Of a stretch of DNA of 64,000 nt, positions 51,078 to 62,400 are shown in pieces. The position numbers were made by a program, and so were the translations under genes. Location: contig MU006014.1 in NCBI GenBank assembly GCA_010093745.1, positions 1 to 64,000 of the forward strand, read 5' to 3'. Numbering within the stretch: the first letter of the stretch is position 1; every line of letters starts with the position of its first letter. The stretch is from Piedraia hortae CBS 480.64. Its lineage: Eukaryota. The notes beneath the pieces are model-generated. The model was given only the letters and a program-made list of their open reading frames with translations, did not search any database and was not told the origin of the DNA.

Positions 51078-51344
51078 TTTGGTACGTGTCGTTGGGCGGG
51101 CGGCGGAGGTCGCGGGTGCGGCCCGTGCGCCGAGGGGTCTGACAAGCACGCGTCAACAGCTGCGAAAATCTTTCAACTGTCCAAAACTCCCGCCACACCC
51201 ACTTTGGCTCAAAGCCAACCGCACCACGCGATTCAGCACGCAAGAAAGCTTCTGCTGACTGCGGTTTGGAACATTGACCGCCCACGGTGGCGATGGAAGA
51301 GGGGGTAGTTATCGAACCAGAACACCTCTGCATCCGCCTCTGAC

Positions 51345-54300
51345 ATGGCTACGCCCGTCAAATACGTGGCAAAGCATCAGCGGAGCCCGGAGACGGGCCA
51401 GGCGGCCACTCCCCGCGAGCCGCGCGACGATGACGACGATGCAGACCCGGTTGCGACAGGAAATGGCGAAAACGTGGATGAGGCGGCGGCCAACGGCGAG
51501 ACGGCCGAGATAATGGGGCCGCCCAGGAAGAAACGCAAGAAGGAGTCGCCGCCGTGGAAGTTTCCGGTTGCCGCAGAGAGCTTGGTGCAGACCAAGGACG
51601 GCCGTAGGGTCTCTGCGCGCGTTAATGGCGGCGCATCTCCCTCGCCTCAGTCTGCAGCAAAGGCCAGAGCGGCTAGTCCCCCATGGCGCTCCTGCGAGGC
51701 TGACGTTCCCTCCTCCTTTCAACACAACGGCAGACGCAAGAGCGGCCGCGTCAACAAAGATCTGATGATGTCGCCTGGGAGCGCAAATGGAGTAGATGCT
51801 GCGAAAAACAAACCGGCAAAGAAGAAGGATAGTGGCAAACCTGTGAAGAAGGAGGAAACCGTCGAGAAGAGGAGGTCCAGCAGAGTGTCGGCCGCCAAAG
51901 GTCAAGCCGTCCCAGTGGAAGAAGCCGCGCCCACGCCGACCCCCAAGACTCGTAAATCTGTCAGAAATTCTGTTGCTTCAAATTCGCCAGAAGTTACAAA
52001 GCCCAGTCCTAAACGACGCAAAATGGAGGAACAGACGGTGACTCTGCCAAGTGTATCTCCCATTCAGCCAAAGCCTCGAATCAAGCTGCGGACACAAGTC
52101 AGCAAGCCCATCTTCCCACCTCCTCATCCGCAAGCCCGCGTTCCCGTTCCCGCCCACCCTCCCATGCTCAGTATCTTCCAGATATTGGACCAATACGAAC
52201 TCAAGGAGGCACAGCAGCCCTACGTCGACACTCTGCAGGGCCCGCCGAGCGAGAGTGAGTTGAAGCGTAGAAGTGACGAGCGGGCGTTGGAAGAGGCTCT
52301 GATTCGGATGAAACTCATTGAAGCTGGTAAGCCCGGGGGATTACTGAGCAGAGAGAAATGTAGCATCTACGATGAAGAACCGCAAAACGAGCCCCCCAAG
52401 CAATATGGCCATCCTGATCATCTTGCCAGCCATGCACTTGACTTCCGACTGCGCCTTGCCCGGGAAAAGGCCAACCACAAAACGCTGGCCAAGAATGTGG
52501 CCCATGAAGCTATGGAGGAATGGAAGCGACGGCATGGACCGACAGAAGAGGACTTGATGGAAGAACAGGACAAGATCTTCAAGATGATTCACAAACAGTG
52601 TGTGGCTGATATGCGGGCTAAGTGGGAAATGGTCGAGAAACACGTCAAGGAGCGGCGTAGGTTGAGATGGGAGGCTGCGGAGAATTACAGGCGTCAGGAG
52701 CGACTGCAGAAGCAACTCGAGCAGGCTGAACTTATGGTTGCCAAGCAGCGGGGTGTTGATGATGAGCAGATGGATGATGTGGACATGGATGAGGATTCAG
52801 TCGGAGATGTTGCCGGCGGCGAAAGCAGCGAGGAAGAGACTGGGTTCCGGGAGCCCAAGTGGGCGAATGACGGTGAAGAAGAAAATATGTCAGAGTCGGA
52901 GTCTGAATCGGAGGATGCTGATGGTGGTGAAATGGGCTCGGAAGAACTCGCTGCTTATCTCGCTCACAGAAAGTCGTTGGATGAAGGGGATCAGCCCCCG
53001 TTGGCTGGAGTAAGCCCAAGAGAGGATGTTGTAATGGAGGACCGCCGGTCTGCCGGCGGAGACACCACACGTCCGCAATCTCGTCAATCCCGCCAATCCC
53101 GTCAGTCACCCGCATTTGAGCCCCCAGCAGATATTGAGGGCAACCTCTCAGAGGACGAGTCTGTTGAAATGGTTGATTCTGATGACAATATGAGCAGCTC
53201 AGGCAGCTCAGGCAGCTCAGGCAGCGAGGGAGGCAGTGACGACGGTGATGATGTGGAAGATGCTGCTATTACCACTCTGGGCTTGTTGTACAGTCCCAAG
53301 AACTTGCAGAAAGCTGTAGGTTTACCTACGCCCGGCACCAGCGCCGAGGGAGATGCGAGGGATGCCACTACAGAGCCAATCTTGGAAGACAATGTAGATG
53401 ACCAGACGTCTGCTGGGGCTGCAGTCAAGGATGAGCAAGCCACAGTCGAGATTTCAACCCCAGTGGTCGAGACTCCCTCAACTCCAGGCCCCAAGAACCT
53501 CGTTCCTGTTCCTTCTTTGCTCTGCGGTACGTTACGTTCGTATCAATATGCCGGCCTGGATTGGTTGGCTTCGTTGTATCGTAACCACACCAATGGCATT
53601 TTGGCTGACGAAATGGGTCTGGGTAAAACCATCCAGACCATCGCCTTGCTTGCCCACCTTGCCGAGGAAAAAGGCGTCTGGGATCCTCACCTCGTCATTG
53701 TCCCGACTTCTGTCATATTAAACTGGGTCAACGAGTTTCGCAAGTTCTTGCCAGGCTTCCGAGTTCTGGCATACTACGGCTCCGCAGATGAACGCAGACT
53801 AAAGCGTAATCACTGGGTTAACGATCCTCATCTGGATAAGAAACAGAGAGGCTACAACGTTGTCATCACGTCTTACAATGTCGCTATGCAGGACATCAAC
53901 GCCATTCGAAATGTTCAGTGGCATTACCTCGTCCTAGATGAAGCCCACAATATCAGAAACTTCAACAGCCAGCGATGGCAAGTCCTCATCAGACTCAAGA
54001 CGCATGCGAGGTTGCTGCTGACCGGCACTCCTCTCCAGAACAGCCTCACCGAGCTCTGGTCTCTTCTGACCTTTTTGACGGCAGGTGACGACGATCCGGC
54101 CCATGGAGACTTGGAAGAGTTTCTGAGTCACTGGAAGGAGCCGGTGAAGGAGATCTTTGAACGTGGGGTTACTGAACTCTCAAAAGAGGCGCAGAAAGTC
54201 ATTGACCAGCTTCACATCTCGCTGCGGCCTTTTCTGCTTCGTCGTTTGAAGACTGAGGTGGAAAAGGACCTGCCCAAGAAGACGGAGTCTGTGGTCGTCT

Positions 54301-56066
54301 GTAAACTGAGCAAGAGACAGCGGCAGCTCTACCAGGAGTATATGGGTCTAGCTAGCACTCGTGAAAGCCTGGCGAGAGGTAACGCTGTCAGTGCCGGCAA
54401 GGTGCTGCTCAGCCTGCGTCGCGTTTGCAACCACCCGGATCTATTCGATCCGCGACCTGTCCAAACCAGCTACGCAATGGAAACGTCCATCGTGGAGCCT
54501 TTTTCGATCAAAGAGAAGTTGATCAGGAAGCTGTTGGGTCAGCAAAAAGAGGTGCCGCAAAGTCTCGTCTTGCTCAAGCTAGAGAGCCGATCAGTCAAGG
54601 CCATTGCACGCAGTCGTCAGCTCAGTGCCGTGCATCTCTTGCAGCGAGAAGTTGACAAAATCGCACAGCAATCTGCTCTTCAACCCGGGTATGGGTCCTT
54701 GGTTGGAGGCAGGTCTGGTCAGAGACTGCGTCTACGAGAGCGGAAACTGCAGCATCTGCGGGATGGCATCCAGATGACGCGATCTGCACTGTCAGAGGTG
54801 CCCATCTATGGCTCCGACCTTCGTGAACTAGTCACTCTGCGTACTGGTCGCATATGGCACGTGGTTCGACAGCAACGGGGCCAGCACCCGTATAAGATCC
54901 TTCGCGCTTGGCCCGCTCTGGGAAAACGGCCGCTGCAGTTTATTGACAAGTCGGACTGGTTGTTGTCGCAGACAACTGCTCTACAGTCTGATGTCCTCAC
55001 TTTAGACCGGATGGGCGAACGCATGCAGGACACGTTGGTCCGCTTTGCCTTCTGTCCGCCCATTGTCAAGGCTCCTATGCTGGACTTTGTCATCCCGCCG
55101 CTCATGCAGTCCAACATTCGGTCTGATCCTTCCTACCCACGTGAATCTGACTTTGCCCACGAAGCACGCAGCCGCACCAGCATCGTCTTTCCCGACAAGC
55201 GCCTCCTGGTCTATGACTCAGGCAAATTACAAACCCTCACCAAATTGCTACGCGAACTCCAAGCCAAAAACTCGCGAAGCCTCATCTTTACCCAAATGAC
55301 CGGAACCCTGAACGTCCTCGAACAGTTCCTCAACCTCCTCAACCTACCCTACCTCCGTCTAGACGGCAGCACGACCGTCGAACGACGCCAATACATCGCC
55401 TCTGAATTCAACCGTCCCGATTCAAAATACCAATGCATGATCCTCTCCTCACGCGCCGGCGGGGTTGGTCTCAACCTCGTAGGTGCCAGCTCCGTCATCT
55501 TCTTCGACCTCGACTGGAACCCTCAAATGGACCGACAATGCATGGACCGCGCCCACCGCATCGGCCAAGTCCGCGACGTCCAAGTCTTCAAAATGGTCAG
55601 CGAGAAAACCGTGGAAGAAAACATCCTCCGTCGCGCACAACAAAAATCCCTCCTCGACCAAACCGTCATCCAAGAAGGTCACTTTACCACAGAATACCAA
55701 CAACCCTCCCGCAGTGAAGCCAATGTCGAATCCGCGATTGAGAGATTTCTCGGTGGGGATGATAAGACGACTAATAAAGCGATTGAGTCGATTGAGGAGA
55801 AGGAAGACATTGCTGCTGCGAAGAGGGCTGCCGAGGAGGAGAGGCGGGAGGAAGGGGGAGATGATTTCGGCGACAGGACGAGAGCGGGCTCGGTTGTTGA
55901 TGTTGTTGAGGAAGAGATTCCAGAGGAGAGGAAAGGGCATGTGGATTATTGGATGGTTGAGCTTGTGGAGAATATGATGGAGGACGTGCCCTTTGTGCCG
56001 CCCCCGGTGAGGAGGCTCGATAAAAATGGGAGGGATCCGAGTCATAGACCAAAGAGGAAGAGGTAG
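51345..56066 (+). CDS. SWR1: SWR1 chromatin-remodelling ATPase (H2A.Z deposition)
   Basis: HSA-like helix, acidic region, NGILADEMGLGKTIQTIALLAHLA, LDEAHNI.NF.SQRWQ, split ATPase with a long insertion, FPDKRLLVYDSGKLQ and DLDWNP.MD.QC.DRAHRIGQ. Confidence 0.95.
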   Translation: MATPVKYVAKHQRSPETGQAATPREPRDDDDDADPVATGNGENVDEAAANGETAEIMGPPRKKRKKESPPWKFPVAAESLVQTKDGRRVSARVNGGASPSPQSAAKARAASPPWRSCEADVPSSFQHNGRRKSGRVNKDLMMSPGSANGVDAAKNKPAKKKDSGKPVKKEETVEKRRSSRVSAAKGQAVPVEEAAPTPTPKTRKSVRNSVASNSPEVTKPSPKRRKMEEQTVTLPSVSPIQPKPRIKLRTQVSKPIFPPPHPQARVPVPAHPPMLSIFQILDQYELKEAQQPYVDTLQGPPSESELKRRSDERALEEALIRMKLIEAGKPGGLLSREKCSIYDEEPQNEPPKQYGHPDHLASHALDFRLRLAREKANHKTLAKNVAHEAMEEWKRRHGPTEEDLMEEQDKIFKMIHKQCVADMRAKWEMVEKHVKERRRLRWEAAENYRRQERLQKQLEQAELMVAKQRGVDDEQMDDVDMDEDSVGDVAGGESSEEETGFREPKWANDGEEENMSESESESEDADGGEMGSEELAAYLAHRKSLDEGDQPPLAGVSPREDVVMEDRRSAGGDTTRPQSRQSRQSRQSPAFEPPADIEGNLSEDESVEMVDSDDNMSSSGSSGSSGSEGGSDDGDDVEDAAITTLGLLYSPKNLQKAVGLPTPGTSAEGDARDATTEPILEDNVDDQTSAGAAVKDEQATVEISTPVVETPSTPGPKNLVPVPSLLCGTLRSYQYAGLDWLASLYRNHTNGILADEMGLGKTIQTIALLAHLAEEKGVWDPHLVIVPTSVILNWVNEFRKFLPGFRVLAYYGSADERRLKRNHWVNDPHLDKKQRGYNVVITSYNVAMQDINAIRNVQWHYLVLDEAHNIRNFNSQRWQVLIRLKTHARLLLTGTPLQNSLTELWSLLTFLTAGDDDPAHGDLEEFLSHWKEPVKEIFERGVTELSKEAQKVIDQLHISLRPFLLRRLKTEVEKDLPKKTESVVVCKLSKRQRQLYQEYMGLASTRESLARGNAVSAGKVLLSLRRVCNHPDLFDPRPVQTSYAMETSIVEPFSIKEKLIRKLLGQQKEVPQSLVLLKLESRSVKAIARSRQLSAVHLLQREVDKIAQQSALQPGYGSLVGGRSGQRLRLRERKLQHLRDGIQMTRSALSEVPIYGSDLRELVTLRTGRIWHVVRQQRGQHPYKILRAWPALGKRPLQFIDKSDWLLSQTTALQSDVLTLDRMGERMQDTLVRFAFCPPIVKAPMLDFVIPPLMQSNIRSDPSYPRESDFAHEARSRTSIVFPDKRLLVYDSGKLQTLTKLLRELQAKNSRSLIFTQMTGTLNVLEQFLNLLNLPYLRLDGSTTVERRQYIASEFNRPDSKYQCMILSSRAGGVGLNLVGASSVIFFDLDWNPQMDRQCMDRAHRIGQVRDVQVFKMVSEKTVEENILRRAQQKSLLDQTVIQEGHFTTEYQQPSRSEANVESAIERFLGGDDKTTNKAIESIEEKEDIAAAKRAAEEERREEGGDDFGDRTRAGSVVDVVEEEIPEERKGHVDYWMVELVENMMEDVPFVPPPVRRLDKNGRDPSHRPKRKR

Positions 56067-56289
56067 TGTATAACTGTATTATGTGTTGTTCTACTCTGCA
56101 GCTGTTGTTTGTTTGGTGGTGGGTGGTCTGATTCTATGATAGAGTGCCAAATTTTTTCTTTCGATGTGACGGTGATAGAGGGTTTGTATGCTGTTTGTAA
56201 CGGACCTTGAGAAAAATGAGTCATCTCGATTATATCTATCCGTGTGATTTCCAGTGTGTGACGGTAATATGTAATGCAGACGATACACA

Positions 56290-56570
56290 CCCAGCGTGCG
56301 CCTGCGGGCAGTAAAAGCAGACTTTGGATCATATTCTCGGTTTTTGCCCCAATCTGGCCGAAGCTCAGAGATGGCTGAGCGACACTGCAGGTACTACCCG
56401 GCTCCGAGAGGTCCTGTTGCAAGGTAAAGAGAAAGTTCAATATGCTGCCAGATGGCTTCTACGCACAGGGGTCCTTGAACAGTTTCGGATGGCCTTGGCG
56501 GATGAACGGGAGGACGTGAGTGGTTGGGAGGCATTCCAACCGCCTCATCATGCATCATGGTAAGCCTTCC
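56290..56570 (+). mobile_element. 3' fragment of Tad/I-like non-LTR retrotransposon ORF2
   Basis: Cys/His knuckle CACG...TLDHILGFCP followed by AARWLLRTGVLEQF, typical of fungal LINE ORF2 C-termini. Confidence 0.7.
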
Positions 56571-57170
56571 ACCAACGGGAGCACAGACAAATGCGGCTCA
56601 GCCTCTAAGGTTAGCACAGAAGAGTAAATGACGAGCATGGAGGCGGCGAGATTTTACATACCTCCGGCAGCAGCCGGGGGTGGGATCCTGCTCGCGACAG
56701 CTAACATTGACACAGCGCTCATAGACCCGCTAGGGAACCAGGTAGCTCTTTAAATTGATTCATTATTATGTGATGCAGTCTATGCTACAGTACCCCCTGC
56801 CCAGCCTCACAATCCCAACCTCCCGTAACAGTCTCAGCTCGTGACTAAACTCCTTCTCCAGTCATCCCCACATTCGAGAGACATTCGAGATAAACCTCCC
56901 ACATTGACTTGTGAATCCAAGGATGAGAGCTGGGTCAGATCTGCCAGTGTGATATCGTACATACGTACTCGTAAGGTACTTCCCTCCCTCTCGAACCTCC
57001 CCCCTATTTTCTCGCCCTCAGCCCGTTAATGAGTTTTGCCCCAGAATTGGTGGTCCTGTTTGAAGAGTCCTGACCCTGCGCTTAAATATATCCATGCTTC
57101 TTGTGGGTACTTGCTCTTTCTAATCCCACACTGCGTACATTCCACTTCTGATTCCGTACATTCTGTCCCA

Positions 57171-57870
57171 ATTCGAAATGCTAAGCAGATACCGCACGGG
57201 AACGGTACATTTAATGATGGCAGCTTCCGCACCCTTGTACAACTGGTCCCTCAAGGTTTGCTCTCTTTGTAAGCCATCAGACGACACACATCCAGAATGA
57301 TGAAACTGGCGCACGTGTGGCTTGTGGCTGCACAGCTGACAAAAGTAATACATGACACAACAATTCATGACCTTATACAATTCTTTAACTCACCGAAAAC
57401 AGAGAAGAGATCGGGTTACCCACCTAGAAGGAGCCCAAAGCCAGTGGTATGTAAACGTACCGAGTGCGTGAGGCAGCGCGTTGGAGGGGCTCGGATTTTC
57501 GCTCGGGACACATCGTACCTTTTGAAGACAACGCAGGGTCGACCCGTGGCCGAAGCGGCTCCATTGTTCAGTGTGCTGAGAGAGACGACCCCTATGGCTT
57601 CAAGCTGTTCGTGAGAAGGTGTGCACCGTTCTCTGAGTTTGTCCTATTTGAAGAGTTCCACTTGATCGAGTCACAGACACGCATCGAGCATCGCGCTGTG
57701 TTCGAAGGCCTGGATATTCTAGCCCCAACTGGTCAGTGGTCCATCAAACCCATTGCAGGTATCATCAAGGCTCTCAAAGTCCAGCACCTTGGTGACACAG
57801 GATTCGAGAAGGCTCGCGGACCATCTGCATATCTTGCAGGGCGCGAAAAAATGACGGCTATGTTGTGAAA
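57171..57870 (+). mobile_element. Second, internally deleted copy of the 36.3-37.5 kb transposase-like element
   Basis: 57171-57375 aligns collinearly with 36784-36988, including the identical stretch TGGCAGCTTCCGCACCCTTGTACAACTGGTCCCTCAAGGTTTGCTCTC. The 3' limit is approximate. Confidence 0.75.
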
Positions 57871-58409
57871 GCACGCGGTTGATGACGAGACATCCCGATA
57901 TGCTGTGAATAATTGTATTTTGAGAATGCCTAAGTAGAAACTACAAGAGGATCCCGCCCGTTTTATTTTTCTACTCTAGCTACCTCGCTATCGGCGGTGA
58001 TATCCTGACAATATCCTAAGAATATTTTAAGAACATTCTGACAATACTGTTGGATATGATTAACATTTTCAAGCCTCTCGTCCTTCAACCGCCCCGCCGC
58101 TTGTAGAGCTAGAATTGTCGTGTCCTGATCAACAGGCTGTTCTGATTTTGCTTACTTTCGCGTATTCTTCTTACTTGATATTACCAAAATACGTTAATAT
58201 CGCAGTAATATCTCGCAGTTGCACGTTAGTAGGGATATCACCTAAAAATCTCATAATCAGGTCCCTACACCACATAGAGACGTTGATCTTCACGATCTTG
58301 GTCTCTGATCTACTTTTTCTCGCAGCTTGCAATTTTTGATCTTATTATGGAAATATCACATAAGAGGGAATTATTTCCACAATATCGCTGAAATATCCCG
58401 GTAATACTC

Positions 58410-59060
58410 CGCAGGGCTGGTTGTGTGGTCAGACGTGCTGTGCAGGTGGGGTGCCACTTCGGTTTCTGTCCCTGGGATATTCGAAAATACCAGATCTATC
58501 GTGTGGCCTCTGTTAGGAGTAGGGACTTCAAGTGTGTTGCACAGAGCGAGGTCGTTATCCTGCGTTCATTGTGCGAAAAGCTGTGGCCCAGCGGTGTTGC
58601 TGGCTCCTGGCTCCCACAGCCTCGAGCGCAGGCTGAAATCGCCTGCCATGACAACTCTCGAGGGGAAGGTGCTAGTTGCAGACTGTATCTGGTGGATGAG
58701 ATCTGGGGCGTGCGTGCCAGAGTGCCTGTACACATTGATCGTGTCCAGCGAGTCGCTGTGGCCCGACGCTTTGACCCAGACGATGTCCCGCGAGGGCCTG
58801 AGGGCACTCTGCGTTTCACTCAAGACTGACGGTTTGAGAATGTAGGTCGCTGCCCTCGGTTTGAGATTTTCCTCGCCAAGGGGCAGGAATAAGGTATAGC
58901 CGGGGTGGATTTTGGTGAGAAATGCCTGGCTGGATCTGTCGAACACAGTCCATGGCTCCTGCACCATAAGGCGGCGCCGATCGATGTGCCATGAGAGAGT
59001 ATAAGGTAATGATTAGGACTGGTGTTTTGCACGTTTTCTTGCAGCAGGAAGATTATTCGA
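58410..59060 (-). mobile_element. Tad/I-like LINE ORF2 APE-endonuclease relic
   Basis: LLQENV, VQEPW, KPRAATYI, INVYR, VMAGDFSLRSRLWEP and PT.NRGHTIDLVF are APE motifs. Frameshift present, and an in-frame TGA at 58566-58568. Confidence 0.82.
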
Positions 59061-59467
59061 TCGTGTTGGGATGAGCGGCGGTTCCTTAACCTGGGCCCAT
59101 GCACACCCCCAGTGCTTCCCTTCAGAATTTCGACCAAATGAAATCACCATAAATCCCTCGAAGTCCTTGCGCAGATGCCGATCATGGGAAATGCACATCG
59201 AACTCCGGCGCACCCAACACCACCACAGAGCGTGGACACATCCACAGCACGACGCGGCTGAGGTCTGGTATCTGCGTCTAAAGGAATTCAACAGGATCCT
59301 TCTTCGCATGGTTTGACCGCGATGACCATAGCGTGCATTGGATTCCAGGCCTCCTTTCGGAAATTTTCGCAGCAGGTTCAAGGGAAAACTTCAAATCTGG
59401 CGACACGTACTTATTTCATCGCTCAGTTAATAAAATGGGACCGTCGGAAGGTTGAACAAAATCCGTT

Positions 59468-62400
59468 TTATCTAAAGGGGACTTTGCCCGTGAAATACAG
59501 GACAGTAAAACCGGTCTCTTCGTTGCGAAAAACCATTGTTCGCCCGCACGAGAACCAACCATAATAAACTTTCAGCTGATCAGGGATCTTGAGAATCTTC
59601 CGACCATTGACAACAATCCATTGTTCTGTAGGGTCCAAGGCCCAGATTTGTAGGCCTTGGAACATCGAAGTTGACCTTGTCGAGGGGGAAGAGTCCACCT
59701 GCCTTTGCAGCTGATCGGCTTCATTGGCTGCTAACCTGTCCATAAAATGCAGAACTTTTGACGGCACAAAGCGACTATTGATCAGTATTGATCCAGAACT
59801 ATAGGCCTTAATGATTTTGCGCATGACCAGTATCGAACCGCCCCGGTGGCCCAGAGCCAGTTTGCGCACAATGCACGCCTTTTCAATGTCCCATTCACAT
59901 ATGCCATTCCCCATGTCACAAGTGTAAAGCATCCGACCGTCTGCTGAGAAACAAGCCACTGACACTCGGTTTTCAGACCTCAGTACCAGCGGGGGTTGTG
60001 ACTTCGGTCCCCAGATCCTTATCGTCTTCTCGTCTGTTGCCGATGCAAAGTTCTGCCCATCTGGAGAAATCGCTATATCGCAGATTGTTCCCGTATGGCC
60101 CGCGAATCTTTCTCGCAGAACTCCAAGTTTCACGTCAATAGCCCATATCTCACCGTCGCCCAAACCGCAAAGGAGTGTTTTGTTGTCTGGTGACAACGCA
60201 AGAGCAGTAACATGGCTTGGTTTGTCTTCTAGCTCTCTCAATTCATTTGCACCTATGTCCCAAATCAACACCAGGTTTTCCTGGGGAATGTCTGTGCGCG
60301 CAACAACCACAAAACGACTGTCCGATGAGATCAACATCAGACTCCATAGCGACTGCGAAAAAATGTAAGAGCCTCTTATCTGTTAACCGCCGTTCGCAAA
60401 TTCGCGTTTCAAGGTTCCAAACGCTGAGCTGGTTTCCCTCACTCCATAAGGCGAGTGATCGTCCATCGGTTGACAGTGCGACTTCAGTGTCGCCAGTCGG
60501 ATGCTGCGGGTTTTTCAAGACTAGATCCACGTCCAGCTGTGCAATTTGTCCACTAAAATCTCCCGCCCAGATCGTCTTCCCGTCGGACAATGATGATATG
60601 GCTGTGACACCCCTTCCCAATTGCAGTTTCATCGGCTCTTGTTGCGTTTGAAAGTCGTAGAGAAAAAGACTAGACCCGTCAAAAAACAAAATATTCTGGC
60701 TGTCTGGCGTAACCATGAGACAACTGCCGCGATAAAGTTTGTCTCTTTGCATGATCTGCTCAACTTCATGGGTGGTGCAGTGAAACACCGATATTGTGTC
60801 AGGTGCAGAACAGAAAACAACAAACTTGCTGTTTGGCGAGATGGTGATGCGCCTGATATCAATACCCACTTGGCAAATCTTCTCATGCCCAGCTTGTGCG
60901 CTCCATTTCCAGATGTCTCTAGATCCCGAAACCAATGTCTCGCTATCCCACGAGAAGTGCAGACACCACACTGGATTATCGTGTCCCTCAAGCACCTGTC
61001 CATCATCATTGACGGTGTCCCAAATGTAAATCTCGCCGGTGTCCAGGCCCCAAGCAGCGAATCGGCCGTTCGGAGAGACGGAAACGCTTTCTGCAACGCT
61101 TGGCAGTTTGAGATCAATTCGTCTGGCATCGTCTTCCAAGTTCCACCTCCAATGTTCTCCGGACAACCCGGCAATGACCACAACGTCTTCCTCAGGAAAC
61201 GCTGAAGTAACTGTGCAATCCCGTCTTACGTTAATCTCCAAGCACTTTTCTTCGGTGCCACTTTCAACATCCCATAGTCGCACTGTGCTGTCATCGGCAA
61301 CGGTGATAAGTTGTCTCCCGTCCATCGAAGGTGTTATCGACAGTATCATCTCACCATGCCCCCTCAGGGTTTGCAACTCAGAACCCCAATCACTCCGGAC
61401 GGGCGGCCAAACTTGCAAGATCTCTTCCATGCTACTTCTGAAGCTGTTTCGTATGACACTGTTGCTCGGCGCAAAGGCTAGGGCTGAAAGATATGTCTGA
61501 AGCGGTGTATCGCTGATCATATTTCGATTTGTTGGTACCCATCTTAGCGCATCGGCGACAAAGGAGTGTAGCCTGGGCGAAGATTTCGACTCCGCATGGT
61601 TAGGCATACTTTCGGTGGACTGAAACAGAAGCAATACATACGTCGATGGCCTTTTGCAACTGTTTTAGGCATACTACCATTTCTCCAAGCTTGTCCAGCC
61701 AAGTCATTGCCTCTGTCCAATGAAGGAAACATGTGCGCAAGAAACAGTCGACTTGCCCGCCATCTTCAAGTGTCTCATTGCTTTTGACGGCATGGCTGAC
61801 CCAGTAGCGGCAGGCATACTGTACGGACTCTGGGATGTGCTTCTCGACATCCTCGGCGGACACACCTTTGCGTTCCGTTGCTGACTCTTTCTGCTTGCAC
61901 ACGTCGCGATCGAGCTTTTTCTTGCGCAAATCTAGACATCTCGTTAGGAGAATGCCGTGGGTCTCGCCTTCGTTAACCCAGAACTGGGATATGCCCTTGA
62001 GATTGGGATCCATGAGAAAGTCTCGAAAAGATTCGTGATAAACTCGTACCGCAGCCCGTGAGCCCGCTTTGACCTCCTTGCCACTTGGAAACTCGATTAC
62101 GGAACTCAAGGGTTTGAGAGCATTGAGAACAACGTTATTATCTCCTTCCCCCAGCAGATTGCCCAGTGCCGGAATGGTGAGCGGGGAATGCAGAAGGGCG
62201 ATTGGTTTAATAACTTGACTGAACCATTGAAGCCATTCCTTGTCGAACTTAGTGGCCTGTATCAGAATATTAGAGTAAATCACGGTCAGTGTATCCGTTT
62301 CAGTGAAGTTGAGCCGGTCGACCCATTCTCGAAGCCGTTTGCGTGGATTGTTGCTCACTTCCTTGAATATCGTAGATGCCGCGATGAACAGTGGCTTTGA

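Noticed and set aside
13450..56066. Functional cluster of two SNF2 ATPases
   Set aside because: They belong to different subfamilies, lie 34 kb apart and are separated by unrelated genes.
56290..59060. One complete LINE formed by the two ORF2 fragments
   Set aside because: The fragments are on opposite strands, there is no RT core between them and unrelated sequence intervenes.
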